Position numbers and translations under genes: made by a program
Source of the DNA: Chrysomallon squamiferum
Lineage: Eukaryota > Animalia > Mollusca
Direction of reading: 5' to 3'
Assembly (NCBI GenBank): GCA_012295275.1
Contig: CM022677.1
Span: forward strand, 9,734,001-9,798,000
DNA length: 64,000 nucleotides
In this document: piece after piece, positions 1 through 14,439 of the stretch
Layout: every line of letters starts with the position of its first letter
How positions within the stretch are numbered: position 1 is the stretch's first letter
Notes under the pieces: generated by a model
The model's input: the letters and a program-made list of their open reading frames with translations, nothing else
Told to the model about the DNA's origin: nothing
Database searches by the model: none

Positions 1-1439
1 AAGTCCAGAGATGAATCTAAGTCAACCTCTATTGTCAAAAAGAGAAACATTAATCAACAATACTGTGAAAAGTATTTGAATTTTATTGGTCTGGTGATGT
101 TGACAAATCAAGTCCATCACTTGTAGTGTGCAGTGAAGCAATGTCAAATGAATCCAAGAAAGTTAGAAAGACATTTTAATTCATAACATAAATCACTCAC
201 ACTTGCTGCGTCAGTCATCCTCCCAGCTTGCAAAAAGATGGTAAAATCCATGTTTGGTGAAAAGGCTGAGAAGGAACTGAACAATATCCTGCTTTCAAAT
301 GATACAAAACCTAGAATCCTAGATCAAAAAATATTGAAGACAATATTCAGAAAAAGCTTAAGAATTCTAATTTTGCTTTAACTGTGGATGAATCCACTAA
401 CATCAGTAATAAAAGTCAATTGCTTACATTTGTACATTTTATTGACGAGAATGATTAATAAATCAATGTTTTTGCTGTAAAGAAATGTCCACAACTGCAA
501 GAGGTCAAGATATTTTTGATTTGATAACAGGCTACCTCAAAGAAATGAATTTGTCTTGGAAGTCCTGTGTTGGCATTTGCACCGATGGAGCCCCATGCAT
601 GACAGGCTGTATTAAAGGATTTGTATCCTTCATAGAAACAGAAAATCCAAATCTCATTTGTACTCATTGCTTTCCAAATAGAGAATTTCTTGTTTCAAAA
701 ATATCGCAGGAAGATTTAAAGGTTGTGTTACATCAAGTTATTGGAATGGTCAGTTATATAAAAAGAAGGCCATTAAGTCACGATTATTTGAACAACTGTG
801 CAAATAGATGGACTCTCAGCATGTTAAGTTATTAATGCACACTGAGGTTTGCTGGCTGCCGAAAGGCAAAGTACCAAATCGTGTTCACGAACTGCACAAG
901 GAATTACTATCATTTTTTCTTCAGGAAAAGCAGGAGAAATTCTGTGAATACCTTAGTTGCGAATTTTGGATTTCAATTCAAGAGGAGTATCCCATATTAT
1001 GTAAAAGAGCTTTAGCAATTTTATTACAATTTTCAACTTCTTATATATGTGAATTAGGCTTCTCAACATTAAACAACATCAAAAACAAGAAACGCGAGAT
1101 TACGTACAACAGAAGAAGAAATGAGGGTGTGTCTGTCTCATATTCGACCAGACTTTGAGGAAATTATGAATAAAAACCAGGCACAAATGTCTCACTAAAG
1201 AAGCCAACTGATGAAATTCAAAACACTGCAGTGAAGTATAGCTGTGTTTTTCTTTATTTAGTTTGAGTCATTCTATGTGTCTATGACTAGTCTGTGTTTA
1301 TGGTTGTATGCCGTCTATGACTTGCCATGTTTTTATTTTTCAAAATTCAAATATTTTTCATATATATTTAGCCATGTGTGCCACTATTTTTTCATGTGTT
1401 CCAAGGTGTGCCTTTGGCAAAAAAGATTGACAACCACTG
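1..1439 (+). mobile_element. Degraded hAT (Charlie/Buster, ZBED5/SCAND3/FAM200-like) DNA transposon, 3' part, inside an intron of the SDR gene
   Basis: Frameshifted transposase motifs: FALTVDESTNISNKSQLLTFV (~370-435), WKSCVGICTDGAPCMTG, LICTHC, LLMHTEVCWL, and the hATC-like EYPIL..AL.ILLQFSTSYICELGFS. The right end AAAAGATTGACAACCACTG (1421-1439) reads CAGTGGTTGTCAATC on the other strand, a Charlie-type TIR, followed by the 8-mer CCCTAAAC with the central TA typical of this subgroup's TSD. Confidence 0.88.
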
Positions 1440-1440
1440 C

Positions 1441-1580
1441 CCTAAACAGATGCACTAAACAGAAACACTAAACAGAGACACTAAACAGAGACACTATAAG
1501 ACACACTGTACTAAGACACCATACAGATACACTATTCTGTACACTATAGAAACATTAAACAGAGACACTATATAGAGACT
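1441..1580. repeat. Degenerate ~13-bp tandem repeat (CTAAACAGAGACA-like) abutting the hAT end
   Basis: ctaaacagatgca ctaaacagaaaca ctaaacagagaca ctaaacagagaca, then decaying copies. Confidence 0.7.
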
Positions 1581-2286
1581 TAACAACTGTTTGCAGCACA
1601 CTGGATCCACAGAAGTTACACTGTAAATATCTAGTCATTACACTCCAGACCAAGCATTCTTGTCTGAAATTCCATATTCATGAGCTGCCAACCTGCGAGA
1701 TCTATTTATAGTCTGTCAGACATGACCATGGACGTATGTGCAAGGAATCAATAGAAAAATATTTTCTCTACTGCTAAATTGTTAGATCCTGTGATGGGGG
1801 CTGACAGATACAGTGTCATGCAGTGGGTGGGATTATCACAGACAACATTTGGACTATCAAATAAAATGTCTCTGCTCTTTGTGTCCTTCGTAGCAGGATG
1901 TCTCCATGTCACTGATAGAAACATCACAGGTTTCACTAACTGGATGGACTCGTTCTACCAGTTGTAATTATTTATATGACACAACATCCAGACATAACAG
2001 ACAACACTGGACTGCATAGGTTCTGACACTACACCATGTAAATGTTGACATTTTTTGTTTCTAGGTTATGTCATAGAAATTGTAATACATACTTCTTCTA
2101 CTATATATTGCATTTTTATCTGAGAGACTGTGAAACTTTATGTATGTCATCATTTATACTACATGTTAACAAGGTAAATACTTTGAAAAATTATTTCATT
2201 CTGATTAATTACAAAGACCCGCGTTAAGCTTACCTGCTTTAAAGAAAATTATTTAAATTAAAAAAAAATTAAGAGTAATTATTTAC

Positions 2287-4045
2287 TTTGGCCATGTTGG
2301 AGAGAACTGATCCCATGAAGTCAAAGTTGATGTCAAATATTTCTGACACAAGTCTGCTGATTTTTCCTTGATCTGAAACAAAGCAAATATGTACCTAGAA
2401 ATATTCATCTCCAGTGTGTGCACACACTTTGCAAGTACAATCACTTTTTAAATAATGACAGCAATTTGCACTAAATGGTGGCATGATGGAATGATTGCAA
2501 TTCTTTGAAGACTTAAAAAATAATGATGTGATGCTTCTTGAAATTACTACATGCAGTCAGATGAACAAGATTATTCTCGGTGTCTACTGATGCATATTCA
2601 CTCATTTATATTTAAAGTATGTTTTGCAATGCCTTATGTAATTTGCTGTGGTGGCAAAGTGACCTAAAAAAACAACAGAAATTGAACTTTCAATGCAGTC
2701 TAAAGTGAAATTATTAGAATAATTTTCATCAAATTCTGTGTGTAAACAAATGATTTAGCTATACAATTTAAAAAGAACTAACCATTACCAGCAATTGTAT
2801 GAAACCAAAATTTCAGCTGAGTGAAAACAAGTAACAACTGGCAAATTCTGAATCTGAATGAACTGACGATATTTTCTAACATTTTTAAAATTATAAAACA
2901 AGTTAAATCTTTTGCTACTACTGAAAGCAGACTTTAGTAATTGATACTGAACTTGGAGGCCTCAACAGAAGAATTTGCTTTGGAGAGAAATATGAAAAAT
3001 TCCTGTAATCATGAAAGCAGTTTAATAAAACAGATACCTAATCAGCATAATACTGACTTTTTTTTTATTCAACATGGGATTTTACCAAAATTAAGGGCAG
3101 GGCACTTGCCACTGATGTGATGTATACCTATTAATATAGTTCAATCATGTATCTTTAAAATGTATGTCTATTAATAAATAACTGCAGTATTATAAATTAT
3201 TTACCTGTATCACCTTTGTCGACAATGTTGTAAATTTCTCCAGGTTTGCCGTGTGTACAGAGATGCCACACCGCTCGACACAGGTCATCTACATGTACTG
3301 TGTTCATCTTCAAATCCTTCGTCCACAGCATCTACACAAATTCAAATTGAAAATTTGTATAAATTTTACTATGATCACCACTGTATTATGTGTTCATCTG
3401 TAGCAAATGTATCAAACATACGACTTGCTATTAATTTCTGGTGAACCATACTTTCATCAGTCTACCATACCTATAATTCATAATCTGTATCTACTGTAAT
3501 TCATAATCTGTATCTACTGTAATTCACAATCTATCTCTACTATAATTCATAATCTATATCAAAAGTAAATCATAATCTATATCTACAGTAAATCATAATC
3601 TCTATCTGCTGTAATTCATAATCTATTTTTACAGTAATTCGGTCTGTATCTACAGTAATTTGTAATCTACACCATAGTTTATATCCTTTTTCAAATTCAG
3701 TTAATTCATTTGTGTGATTATATGATAACATGTAATTCTGAATATTTTAAAATATTTTAAAAATAATAATGTGACTAAAACTGGAAAAGAAAACTGAAAG
3801 TAGTGCTGCATAAATATTTTTACAAATGCAAACACATCTCAATTTCAGAGATTTACATAATTAAATGTAATCAAAGCCATTATTAACCAAAAAGAGTAGC
3901 TGACTTAGTTTAGTTGAAAATTGATATATATTTTCACAACAGATATATTAACATTTTAAAAATATATTTTATCTTTAGACAGCACATGATAAAAACAGTT
4001 TCATTCATAAAGGAATCAAAAATAAAAAACCAAAACCAAAAATTC

Positions 4046-4085
<40 letters not shown>

Positions 4086-7000
4086 GTAATAACTGAAAAC
4101 CAGAGTAACAACAATAACAATAAGAATACTAATAATGAAACATTTCTCTAAAGCATAATTTTAAAATAAAATATAATACAGAAAACCATTAAGTGTACAT
4201 AAGACGACATGTTTACTAAAACCAAAGAACACCTTCCCCCCAAAAAGGATTTACCTTCATTTTCTCATTGATGTATTTGTAAATAGCACCAATAATAAGT
4301 CTGGGGGCTGTAAGGAAAACAAAGGGTAACATAAATAAATGTTTATTAAAAGTAATAACAGTATTTTGGAAATGTAGATGTCATATGCAACAAAGAAAGG
4401 TTATAATCTAAAACTGCTTGGAATATGAAATATTTACTATGTACTGTGGTACCTGTCTTGTATGACAGCTGCAGGGCCAGGCACTGCAGGAAAAACAATG
4501 TGAACTTGGAAAAGAAGGAGGCCTCACATCTCAAGGGCTACTAAATATAGATACATGTATATCTAAATGTCTTAATATACTGATCATTTTCAGATCAAAT
4601 CTAATAAATTTCTTAAAACAAAAGACCATAATAAATTTATTTACTGGATCTACTTAGTTAATGAACATAAAAGAAAATAATAACAAAATAAAATAAATAC
4701 ACTTTGCACTCTCTCTCTCTCCCCATCCCCACATATATATATATATTTATTTTGAAAGATTAAAAGGGAAAAGTAATGAGAGAGAAATAGAGGGTGCATA
4801 CGTGTGAGAGAGAGAATGTAAGTAACAGAGTGTATGTATGATACAGAAATAGAGTGAATGCATGTGATAAAGAGATATAAAGATATACTGAGAGATCTTA
4901 CTAATACTGTTTCGGTCACCGATGCCATACACAACTGCTGGTCGAACTATGATGTAATTTAAGTCAGGAATGTTTTCCAGATCTTTCTCAACTTCAAGTT
5001 TACGTCTTGCCATTTGAGTCCAAGGCTCACATTTTACATCTTCTTTCACTGGTTTCTGTGTCATAAATAATAATATACATCAACATACATAAAAAATTTC
5101 ACAACAGATATATCCTGCATTATATAATGCAATGAAATATACTGTAATGATTTGATATATTTTTTATTTTTGAGGACTGACCAAAAGTTATAGGGTTTTT
5201 TTCTTTTTGATTTATGTGACTGTGTGTGTGCATGTGTGCACAATATAGTGATAATAGTAATAATAGAATGATAGCAATAATGGTATTAATATTTAGTAAT
5301 AATAATGAAAATATTGACAACAATAATTTTATTACTGATGATGACACCAAAATACTGAAAGGCAATAAAAATGTTTATAAGAAAATAGCTGTTTTAGAAA
5401 TGAAATATTAAAACACTATAAAAAGAAGTCCATCTGGGTTTGATCGACTCATTCCTTGTTAAAAACAAAAACTATTTTCTTATATAAAGCACTTTCTTTA
5501 TATCTCATCTTACAAGACCTGTTTCTAGACTTCAGGGCAGCTGAAGGTTTGAACAAAAATGTACTCACAGACATGAAATTATTTAGAACTAAACTCATGC
5601 ACATCACTATTAAAAACATCAAAATGAAAACTTTTTAAATTGTTTAGTTTTCTTTATAATTATCTATTGCATTTTTAAATTTGTCTTGGATGCTCTGGCT
5701 ACTCATTAAACACAATATAAACTGATAAAGTCACATGAACACTCTTTCAAACCATCTTCCAGTCTTTTCGTTATTCAAATTTGTCAATACTTGATGTAAG
5801 GATTATAATTTATTCATTGGTAATACTAAAAATTCTTTATTGGTTTAAATTCATAAACCATCATGAAAACTATTTGAAACAATCTTGTAATCTTTTCACC
5901 TATCTTCAGGTTTAAAACAGGCATTCTGTAAATATTTTATTTAATTAACCTGCATCACCTTTGTTTACAATGTTGTATATATAATAATTTATTTCTTGCA
6001 TCATCTTTGTTGACAGTTCTGTAAATATAATTATTTATTTATATCATCTTTGTTGACAGTTTTGTAAATATAATTATTTATTTACCTTATCACTTTTGTC
6101 AACATGTTATAATTTTATGGGGTTTTTTTTCATACAGTTTTCATTCTACATTTATTTTTATTTTTTTAATTTAATTATGATGTAGAATTCTTGAAAGCAG
6201 AATTCAAAGATAATTAATAATTAGAAATTAAAAACTTGCACACTTTTCAAGTGTAATTGTCAGTAAGTAATTTAATCTACACTTTGTCCTTTACTAAATC
6301 AGTCTACAGTACTAAAACAATCAACACAACAGAAGATTTGACGAATCTACTCATTATCTTACCTTTACAACAAACATGCTCATGCTTATCTACTCATTTT
6401 TAGGTAAGTAAATTAATAAAAACATTATACATAGAGTTTTTAAATGAATATTTTCTGGGAATGGGTAAAAGAAAATCAACTGCTACTAACAAAAAATAAT
6501 TAGTTATTTGATGGTCGATTACATTAAAATTTTGTATGAAAATATTATTGTTTTTGATAGTGCTATAATGTAAATAATTAAAACAAATAGTTGTTTGATT
6601 ACATTTCTTTATTAAAATTGTGTATGACAATATTACTGTTTTTAGTAGATTATTAAAAAAAAGAAAAAACTTATTTGATTACAATTCTTTACTAAAATTT
6701 TAAATATTATTGTTTTTGGTGGATTATAATAAAATTTAAAAAATATTTATTATGTTTATTCATTTAATTTCTCTGTTATTGAAAGCTGTTTATTAGAAAA
6801 TATTATATTTCCTATTTCTGGGAGGGTTTTAATAAAATAAAACTATAACTAATAATAAAATAAAGTATATAGTTGTTTGGTGCAAGTTTCTTTAAATAAA
6901 AGATGTATAATTAGACAATATCATTATTATTTAAATTAAATTTTTTTTTGCTAGTAATAAAAAAGGTAACTTTGTTAACTGAGGGTTCTTCTTTTTATTT

Positions 7001-10000
7001 CTCTGTATATTTTTAAATAACAGACAACATTATTATCATTTACTGTTTTTGGTAAGGATGTAACAAAATAATGCTTGCTGCAAATTTGTAAAACGTTAAA
7101 TAAAATATTATGATCACGTATAACATCTGTGAATTAAGCATGCACTGTTTGCATCTCACTACACACTACTGCCATGCTTGTTCACAACACATTACAACAT
7201 ACTTACTGCCTCTTCTTCATCTGACTACAACAATTAACAAAACCTGTACAGCCTGAGCAGCTGATACGTTTTTACAAATATTTCAAATTTTACATTATAA
7301 ATGTCAATAGTTTCGTAATGAAATTGTTCGTTTAAAAAAAAAAAAAAAAAAAATTCAGAAACTATAATGAACAAAAACAATATTTAAATAAATAAATAAA
7401 TAAATAGATTTTTAATAGATTACTAAGATATAGTCTGTTTAACGGTCCAGATGCAAACAAATATATAAATTACTTACCAAAAGTTAATAAACATTAAAAA
7501 TTTAACTATTTTCGAAAAACGGAAACAACTTATTTAACAATAAATGAAAAATAAAATAAATATTTAGATTTTAATTACTAATATAAAATAAATATATAAA
7601 ATAAAAACATTTTTAAAAAAGAGGTAACAGAAAAGTTTAAAAAAGTTTGAGTAAAATGAAATTATTTCCCTTTTTTGACTAGATCCAATTTACAGCTGTA
7701 TAATTATAAATTCAAAGGTTATATTTGTTTTTATTAGTCATTTTGACTACTACTAGTCTGCAGAATACAGATTATAAATTGAAAGATACAAAATAGTTTA
7801 CATCAGTAATTTTTACTACTATATACGTATTTCTGCTATATACATATTATAAATTATCAATTAGATTTGTTTGTTTTCGTTGTTTTTAATCTTTTCTGTA
7901 AAACTGATTATAAATAATAAATTTGAAATTGAAAGCTGTAGATTTGTTTCCATTAGCTGTTTTACACCTTGTCTGTAGAACAGATTATAAACTATAAACT
8001 GTAAATTTTAAACTGAAAGATGAATTATTGTATGATTTTTACCTTGTCTGAAGAATACATCTGTCCTGTTGAAAACTCCACATAGAGTTTAACTTTGTGT
8101 GATGCAGCTGTTGTTGAACAATTGTGACTGAGTCGAATAATTCCTTCTTTATAAACCTGTAAACACAAATTAAAAAAAAAAAAAAAAAATTTCATCAAAA
8201 TAATTCTATATAAGACAAATCTACAAATCATTCAAAATAGCAGATATATTGTTTATGACAATTTAAAATTAAAATTAAAAATAAACAGAGATGGCAAGAG
8301 AGAAAGAAGAATTTGATTTATTACTGAAATTCTGCATTAATGATATTAAGTTTCACAAAGACTGACAGAAAATTTATATCAGTTATAATAATTTGGTGTT
8401 TCTTAAACGAAAATAACCATAGAATGTAAGTCAGTGAATAAATAGGTAAATTATAAAGGAAATCTTATGCTTTAATGTGAGGTGAGCCTTTCAAATTATG
8501 AATACATTCTCAAATTCTGATGCTATTATAAACTTAACATTATCTGTATTCAATCCTAAAAAAAATATAGTTTTTATTATTTTTTTATTTTTTTAACACT
8601 ATATATAAAAAGAATATCAAATTAAATGTTATATTTTAACTGTGACTATTTAATTATCCACAAAACAATAACATTCTTATTTTCTTCTTCTGACGTAATC
8701 TGGTGTTTGGAAATAGCTTTGGGGGGGGGATCCACTTCTTATTGCATAATGATTCATTTAAGTGGAGATGCTGGTCGAAAAATGACAAAATTTGAAGAAC
8801 AAAATAGTTTTTGAAATTTTGACAAAACCATTTACAAAAATTCTTCAGCTTTCTATTCATACAAGTTAGGAAGTCCAAATAAATTTAATTATGTCCAAAA
8901 AAAAAGCATTTTGTGAGGTGACTGAAGTTTACACATTTTAGTCAAATTCTGCTTTTATTTCCAGGTTTTATTTTCAATGCGTGTTTCTCAAAACATCCAT
9001 GAAATTCATTATGGGAACAATGTTCTAAAAATAGATATAAAATCCATTGAGATATTTCTTCATTTAGTGCACCACCATATGAAAATATGAGAGAAAAAAT
9101 TAAGATAGTGTCACCCATGGATTGGTCATATGATATCACATGACTTGTTGCCACATTCTGATTGGTTATCAGCATTATTTCTGGTCACATTGTTTACTTC
9201 CATTCACTGATGTTTTGCCCAAGTATATTGTTTAAGATTTAATCTTTCAAAATCATGGAGAGTTATTGTGGAAAGAAAACCAATACAGTCTGCACGAGAA
9301 ACATTGCAGAAAAAAGGTCACTGAAGAAATGGAATCAATCATTCAACGGCTTCTGGAGATCGGCATGCACCAGAACCTTCCCCAGTAACTTCCAAAAGAA
9401 AATTGGAACCTGTTTTGGAAATCAATGATGAATATAAAGATCATCATCCATTTGTTAGTGATGACAGCTGTCTTTTTTGCATTTTAAATGTAAATATGTT
9501 ATTATAAGTTTCAAGGAAAAAAATAACTAACTCTTTTTGCACTGCACATAGTGTAACAGTAATGTGTATTAAAAAAAGGTTTTTTAGATAAATCTTTCAG
9601 GTTTTTTCCAGAAGGAAATACATACATACAGTTATCATAATAAATATACATAACATCACCACAATAATTAGAATAAGTGGAAATATAGTTATAAAACTTT
9701 ATTTGTTGTTTTCTCATATTTCATTTTTTGTACCTTTCAACATTTTTGTCAATGTGCTGCATTAAAACTATCTGTGCTAGAGATCCCAAATTTGGAACAT
9801 TTTTTGGGAAACAAAGGCAACAAAAATGCAGAAAGAAAATCTTGAAAAATTTATCTATTCTTTTCATAAAACCTTTACAATGTCTCTAGTACAAAACATA
9901 TGAGTGAAAAATGTAATCAGTTTTAAAAAAAATATATAATTCTCTAGTATTTTATAGAAATACATGATGAACTCCATCAGTTTGATCTCCACAGGTTAAA

Positions 10001-12253
10001 GAAATAACAACTTTGAATGAATTAAATCTGCTTATGGCAAGGGTTAACAAGTTTGAAACTTACCGGGTCTGTCTGTCCATACTTAGTCTCTGCAGCGAGG
10101 TTAAACACGTAGTCAAACTGACCATCATCTAGAGAAAACGCTGCATCCACTGACGCTGTAAACAAATGTGTGAACAACTAGCAAGAGTCATCAGTAATTA
10201 TAATATATTCATGAACAACTCGAGAAATATGTAATAATTAGAATGTATTAATATTTAATTAGTAAGCTGTAATAATTATATAGAACATATAAATATAATA
10301 ATTAATAAAAAGCATCAAATAAAAAAAATAATAATTAGAAGGTACAAAATATTATTTAGTCCACAATGAATAATGTAAAAATTATACAAAATATTTATAT
10401 CATAACCAGTATACTTTAAAATAACTTATAGCAAAATTTTCAGCAACTATCAAATTAAGTAATAGTGTGCAATCTGGTTTAAAAAGAATGTTAAAATTAA
10501 CTCACCTGGATTTATTAAGTTGCACTGTTTGAACTCAACAAGAGGACTGGCAAATGATTCCTGCAACGACAGGAATGAATTAATTAATGAACTAAATATT
10601 AGTAACAATACAATGCAGGTTGAGGATTCCTTATCTGAAATTCAGAAATCTATAATGTTTTCTTATCAGCTGAAATGGTCATATCTTATGTTTTCTGGAT
10701 TATACTTAATTTAGATTGTGCACTAAATTATTAAAACATATTTTAAAAATCCAGTAGACTATTTGTATAAGCTGTGTAAAAATGTAAATGAAATTAGAAC
10801 TGTGACTTAGATCCTATTTTCAGGTTGTCTCCTTATATTCAAAAATTCAAAAATACCAAAATCTGCAACAGTTTAAAGGATTAATAAAAATATTATGTTA
10901 CAAATGAAAAGGTTTTGTACCAAGTGGACTAATCACATTCATTATTAATTAATACTGATTGTAACAAATTAGTTGTTACATGGTGTAACAGTTCTCTGTT
11001 ACTTACACTGTGTTTTGCATTTAGCCAGGCCATCTGGGGGGGCACTTTATCAACAACACGCAGCTAAAATATAAATAAAATTTTTAATTAATTTTAAAAA
11101 TTGCTTGTACAGAGTTATTACAAAAACATAACTTCATAAATAAATGACTGTCATAAAATTATGTCAACAACACACAGCTAAAATATAAACAAAATTTTAC
11201 ATTTAAATTAATTCTAACATATAGTGTGTTATTATAAAAATACAACTAAATAAATAAACTTATTGTTATAAAAAGTGTTAGATAAATAAATAACTATAAA
11301 AACTTTCATTAAATTATATAAACTGATACAACTAAAAAAGACATTAAAATCTTTCATTAAAAATAATTCTGACATTATACAGAGATCTTACAGAAAGCAC
11401 AGTGACTTAGGTAACTAATTATATTAGTAATATTATACTTTCATAACATGCAGCAAAAGAAAATTTTTAAAGATCTTTCATTTTAAATCAATTCTAACAC
11501 ATACAGAGTTATTATAAAATGCTCAACTAGATAAATAAATAAATCATTTTACTAAAATTGTTTAAATTATATCAACAACATGCAGGTAACCCTAAAATAA
11601 AATCTTTTATTACATTTAAAATAATTCTAATTATATACATTTTTGTAATAAAATACACAACATAAAATAAATTAAATAAATAAAAACAATGTGATGAAAG
11701 TTTATTCAGTTTTTAATTTTTATTGTCAAATGACATGTTAAAATATATTAATCTAACTAAAAAAAAAAAAAAAAAAAAAAAAAGAAAAGAGAAAAAAAAA
11801 GAAGAAAAATAATGAAAAAAGAAAAATAATGAAAAAAGAAAAATGTAACTAAATAACCAAATGAAACTGTAATATGATGAAAACGTATTTGGTTTAAATG
11901 TTTATTTTCCTCTGACATTTGCATATAGTTAACCGTATCTAAATAAACAAATAAATAAAATGACGAACATTTGATTTGGTTTTTAATGTTTATTGTCGAC
12001 TGACATTTTTATACTTATTCTAAACTATCTCTCTGATGTTGTTATGCCTGGTTTGTCATGTTTATCACTAATAAAAAAAGAAAGTTATAACCATACTTTG
12101 TATTTTCTCAGAAAAGTGTACATATTTTGTAATTATACAACAAATTACAAATGAGATCTTTTTAATGAATGACAACGTGACTGTTTCTAAAATCTTAGAA
12201 TTTTGCATCTAAAAATAGTTAACAAATTTTCTAAACATTTGGGAAGTGCATGG

Positions 12254-12311
<58 letters not shown>

Positions 12312-13844
12312 ATGTGTGTGTGTGTGTGTGTTACCTTAGAAACAAGTTCATTCTGAACTAAATAATGCACAAGATTTCTTCCTATAAAGCCAGTTCCTGA
12401 AATAAATCAAAATTTGATATTTCACAAATAATAAACAAAATCTATCTCACATTGAGCTTTTTCTAAAATAAAAAATAAATAAATATAAATTTTTTTAAGA
12501 AAATGAAAAAAGAAAAATGTAACTAAATAACTAAATGAAACTGTAATATGATGAAAATTTATTTGGTTTAAATGTTTATTTTCCTCTGAAATTTATATAC
12601 AGTTAACCGTATCTAAATAAACAAACAAATAAAATGATATGAAAATATTTTATTTGGTTTTTGTCAACTGACATTCTTATACATTGACCTTATTTAAATA
12701 ATAAAATATTATAATCTAAAAAAATAAATAAAGCAATATAGGATGATGAAATTGTTTTTGTCTTAAGATTGTAATCCCATTGACCTATATATTCTAATCA
12801 GTACACTTAACAGTGGCATTTAAAGGAAATACACACTTTATTCTGAACATCAAGCTTAAGAAATGTACAGAAAGTTAATATTATTATATATTATTATATG
12901 TTATTACTTTCCATATGTTTATTATTCTTTAAATTTGACAAAACTGAATTATGCAAAATAATAAACCTAAAATATTTACTTTGATTGTATTTAGAAACAT
13001 CATAAAGTTAATGATAGCAACCATTTTTACTTTTTAATACAAATAATGACATGATGAATGTTAAGAAAATCTGTTGCAGTCATAGGTTTATGGATTAAAA
13101 ATAATTCATCTGTGGAATTTCTAGTTTTACTGTCATCATTGTAGTAACTATTTCATTTGTTTCTCTGAACTCCTAGATAATGTTTTCTGTTGGAACAACA
13201 CACAGAAAGACAGACTGTTATGTAAGATCACATTCAGAATTCTGTTAATATAGATCAAAAATAATTTTTCCCAGCATGAATGAATGTATTTGTTATATAT
13301 ATCTAATTAATTTAATTACTAATTCTAGATCAGGCAAATGAAAATTAGGAAGTAAATGTCATTAACAGGAACTATACACAGTTTTATCTCTACACATTAT
13401 TTAGAATCAACACATTTTCCATGGTAACCTAATAATGCATAAATATTTTATTTTATTCTATTCTATTTCTATAAAAGTATCATTCATATTCTACTTGATT
13501 TTGATTATTTTTATCTCGTAGTATTCACACTGGAATCAGAACAGGTGGCAATCACAATAAACACTGAATTAAATTTGTTATAGAAAAACTATTTTAAACC
13601 ACTACTCTTACATAGAGACAAAAATTACTTTTGTTACAATGAAAGAAAATGTTTATTTATTACCAGATTACTATTTATTATTTGCATACATGTATAAGAT
13701 TTACAATAAAATTAATGTTTTGCAATAACTAAAATTTTCTTTTTGTTTTTTGTTTTATGTTAGCTATTTTCAATGTTGAATGATCCATAACATATCCTGT
13801 AATATCCAACATTATCCCCTGTTGAAATTCTGGGCTTTTTATTA

Positions 13845-13900
<56 letters not shown>

Positions 13901-14380
13901 CAGAAAAGATATCATCATTAGTGGCAGAAAATTTCAAAAATATTTCTTTCAAGATGTTTTCAGATTATGTGTTAATTGATTTTCCCTGCATATCTTGATA
14001 AGTTGATTATCAAGAGTCTTGCTGATCTTAAGAATAGTGCAGATTGGCAAACTGTCAGAAGATGTGCTTTATAGAGGTGACATATTTTTCATGACTTTTC
14101 AAAAACAAGAACATTCTTTCCAACATTTTTCTTTGTAAAAAATTCAACAAAATTCAGAATAATCGTACAATTTTTATATTTATGTGCTGTCTGTATACAT
14201 TTAGTTCTTTGAAAATAATTAAAACTAAAACTGTTTAATATATTGAAGATAACACATTATATTTTTAATTCATATTATTTATAAATGTTATTTTTTTTTA
14301 TTAATTTATTTTTGCTCTTGAGAAAATACGCTGTGTATCAACAAAAATAAAATAAATAAAAATTTACTGTCTTTCTCATT

Positions 14381-14439
<59 letters not shown>

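Noticed and set aside
485-1158. Functional ZBED5/FAM200-like domesticated gene
   Set aside because: Multiple frameshifts, internal deletions and a retained TIR indicate a dead transposon.
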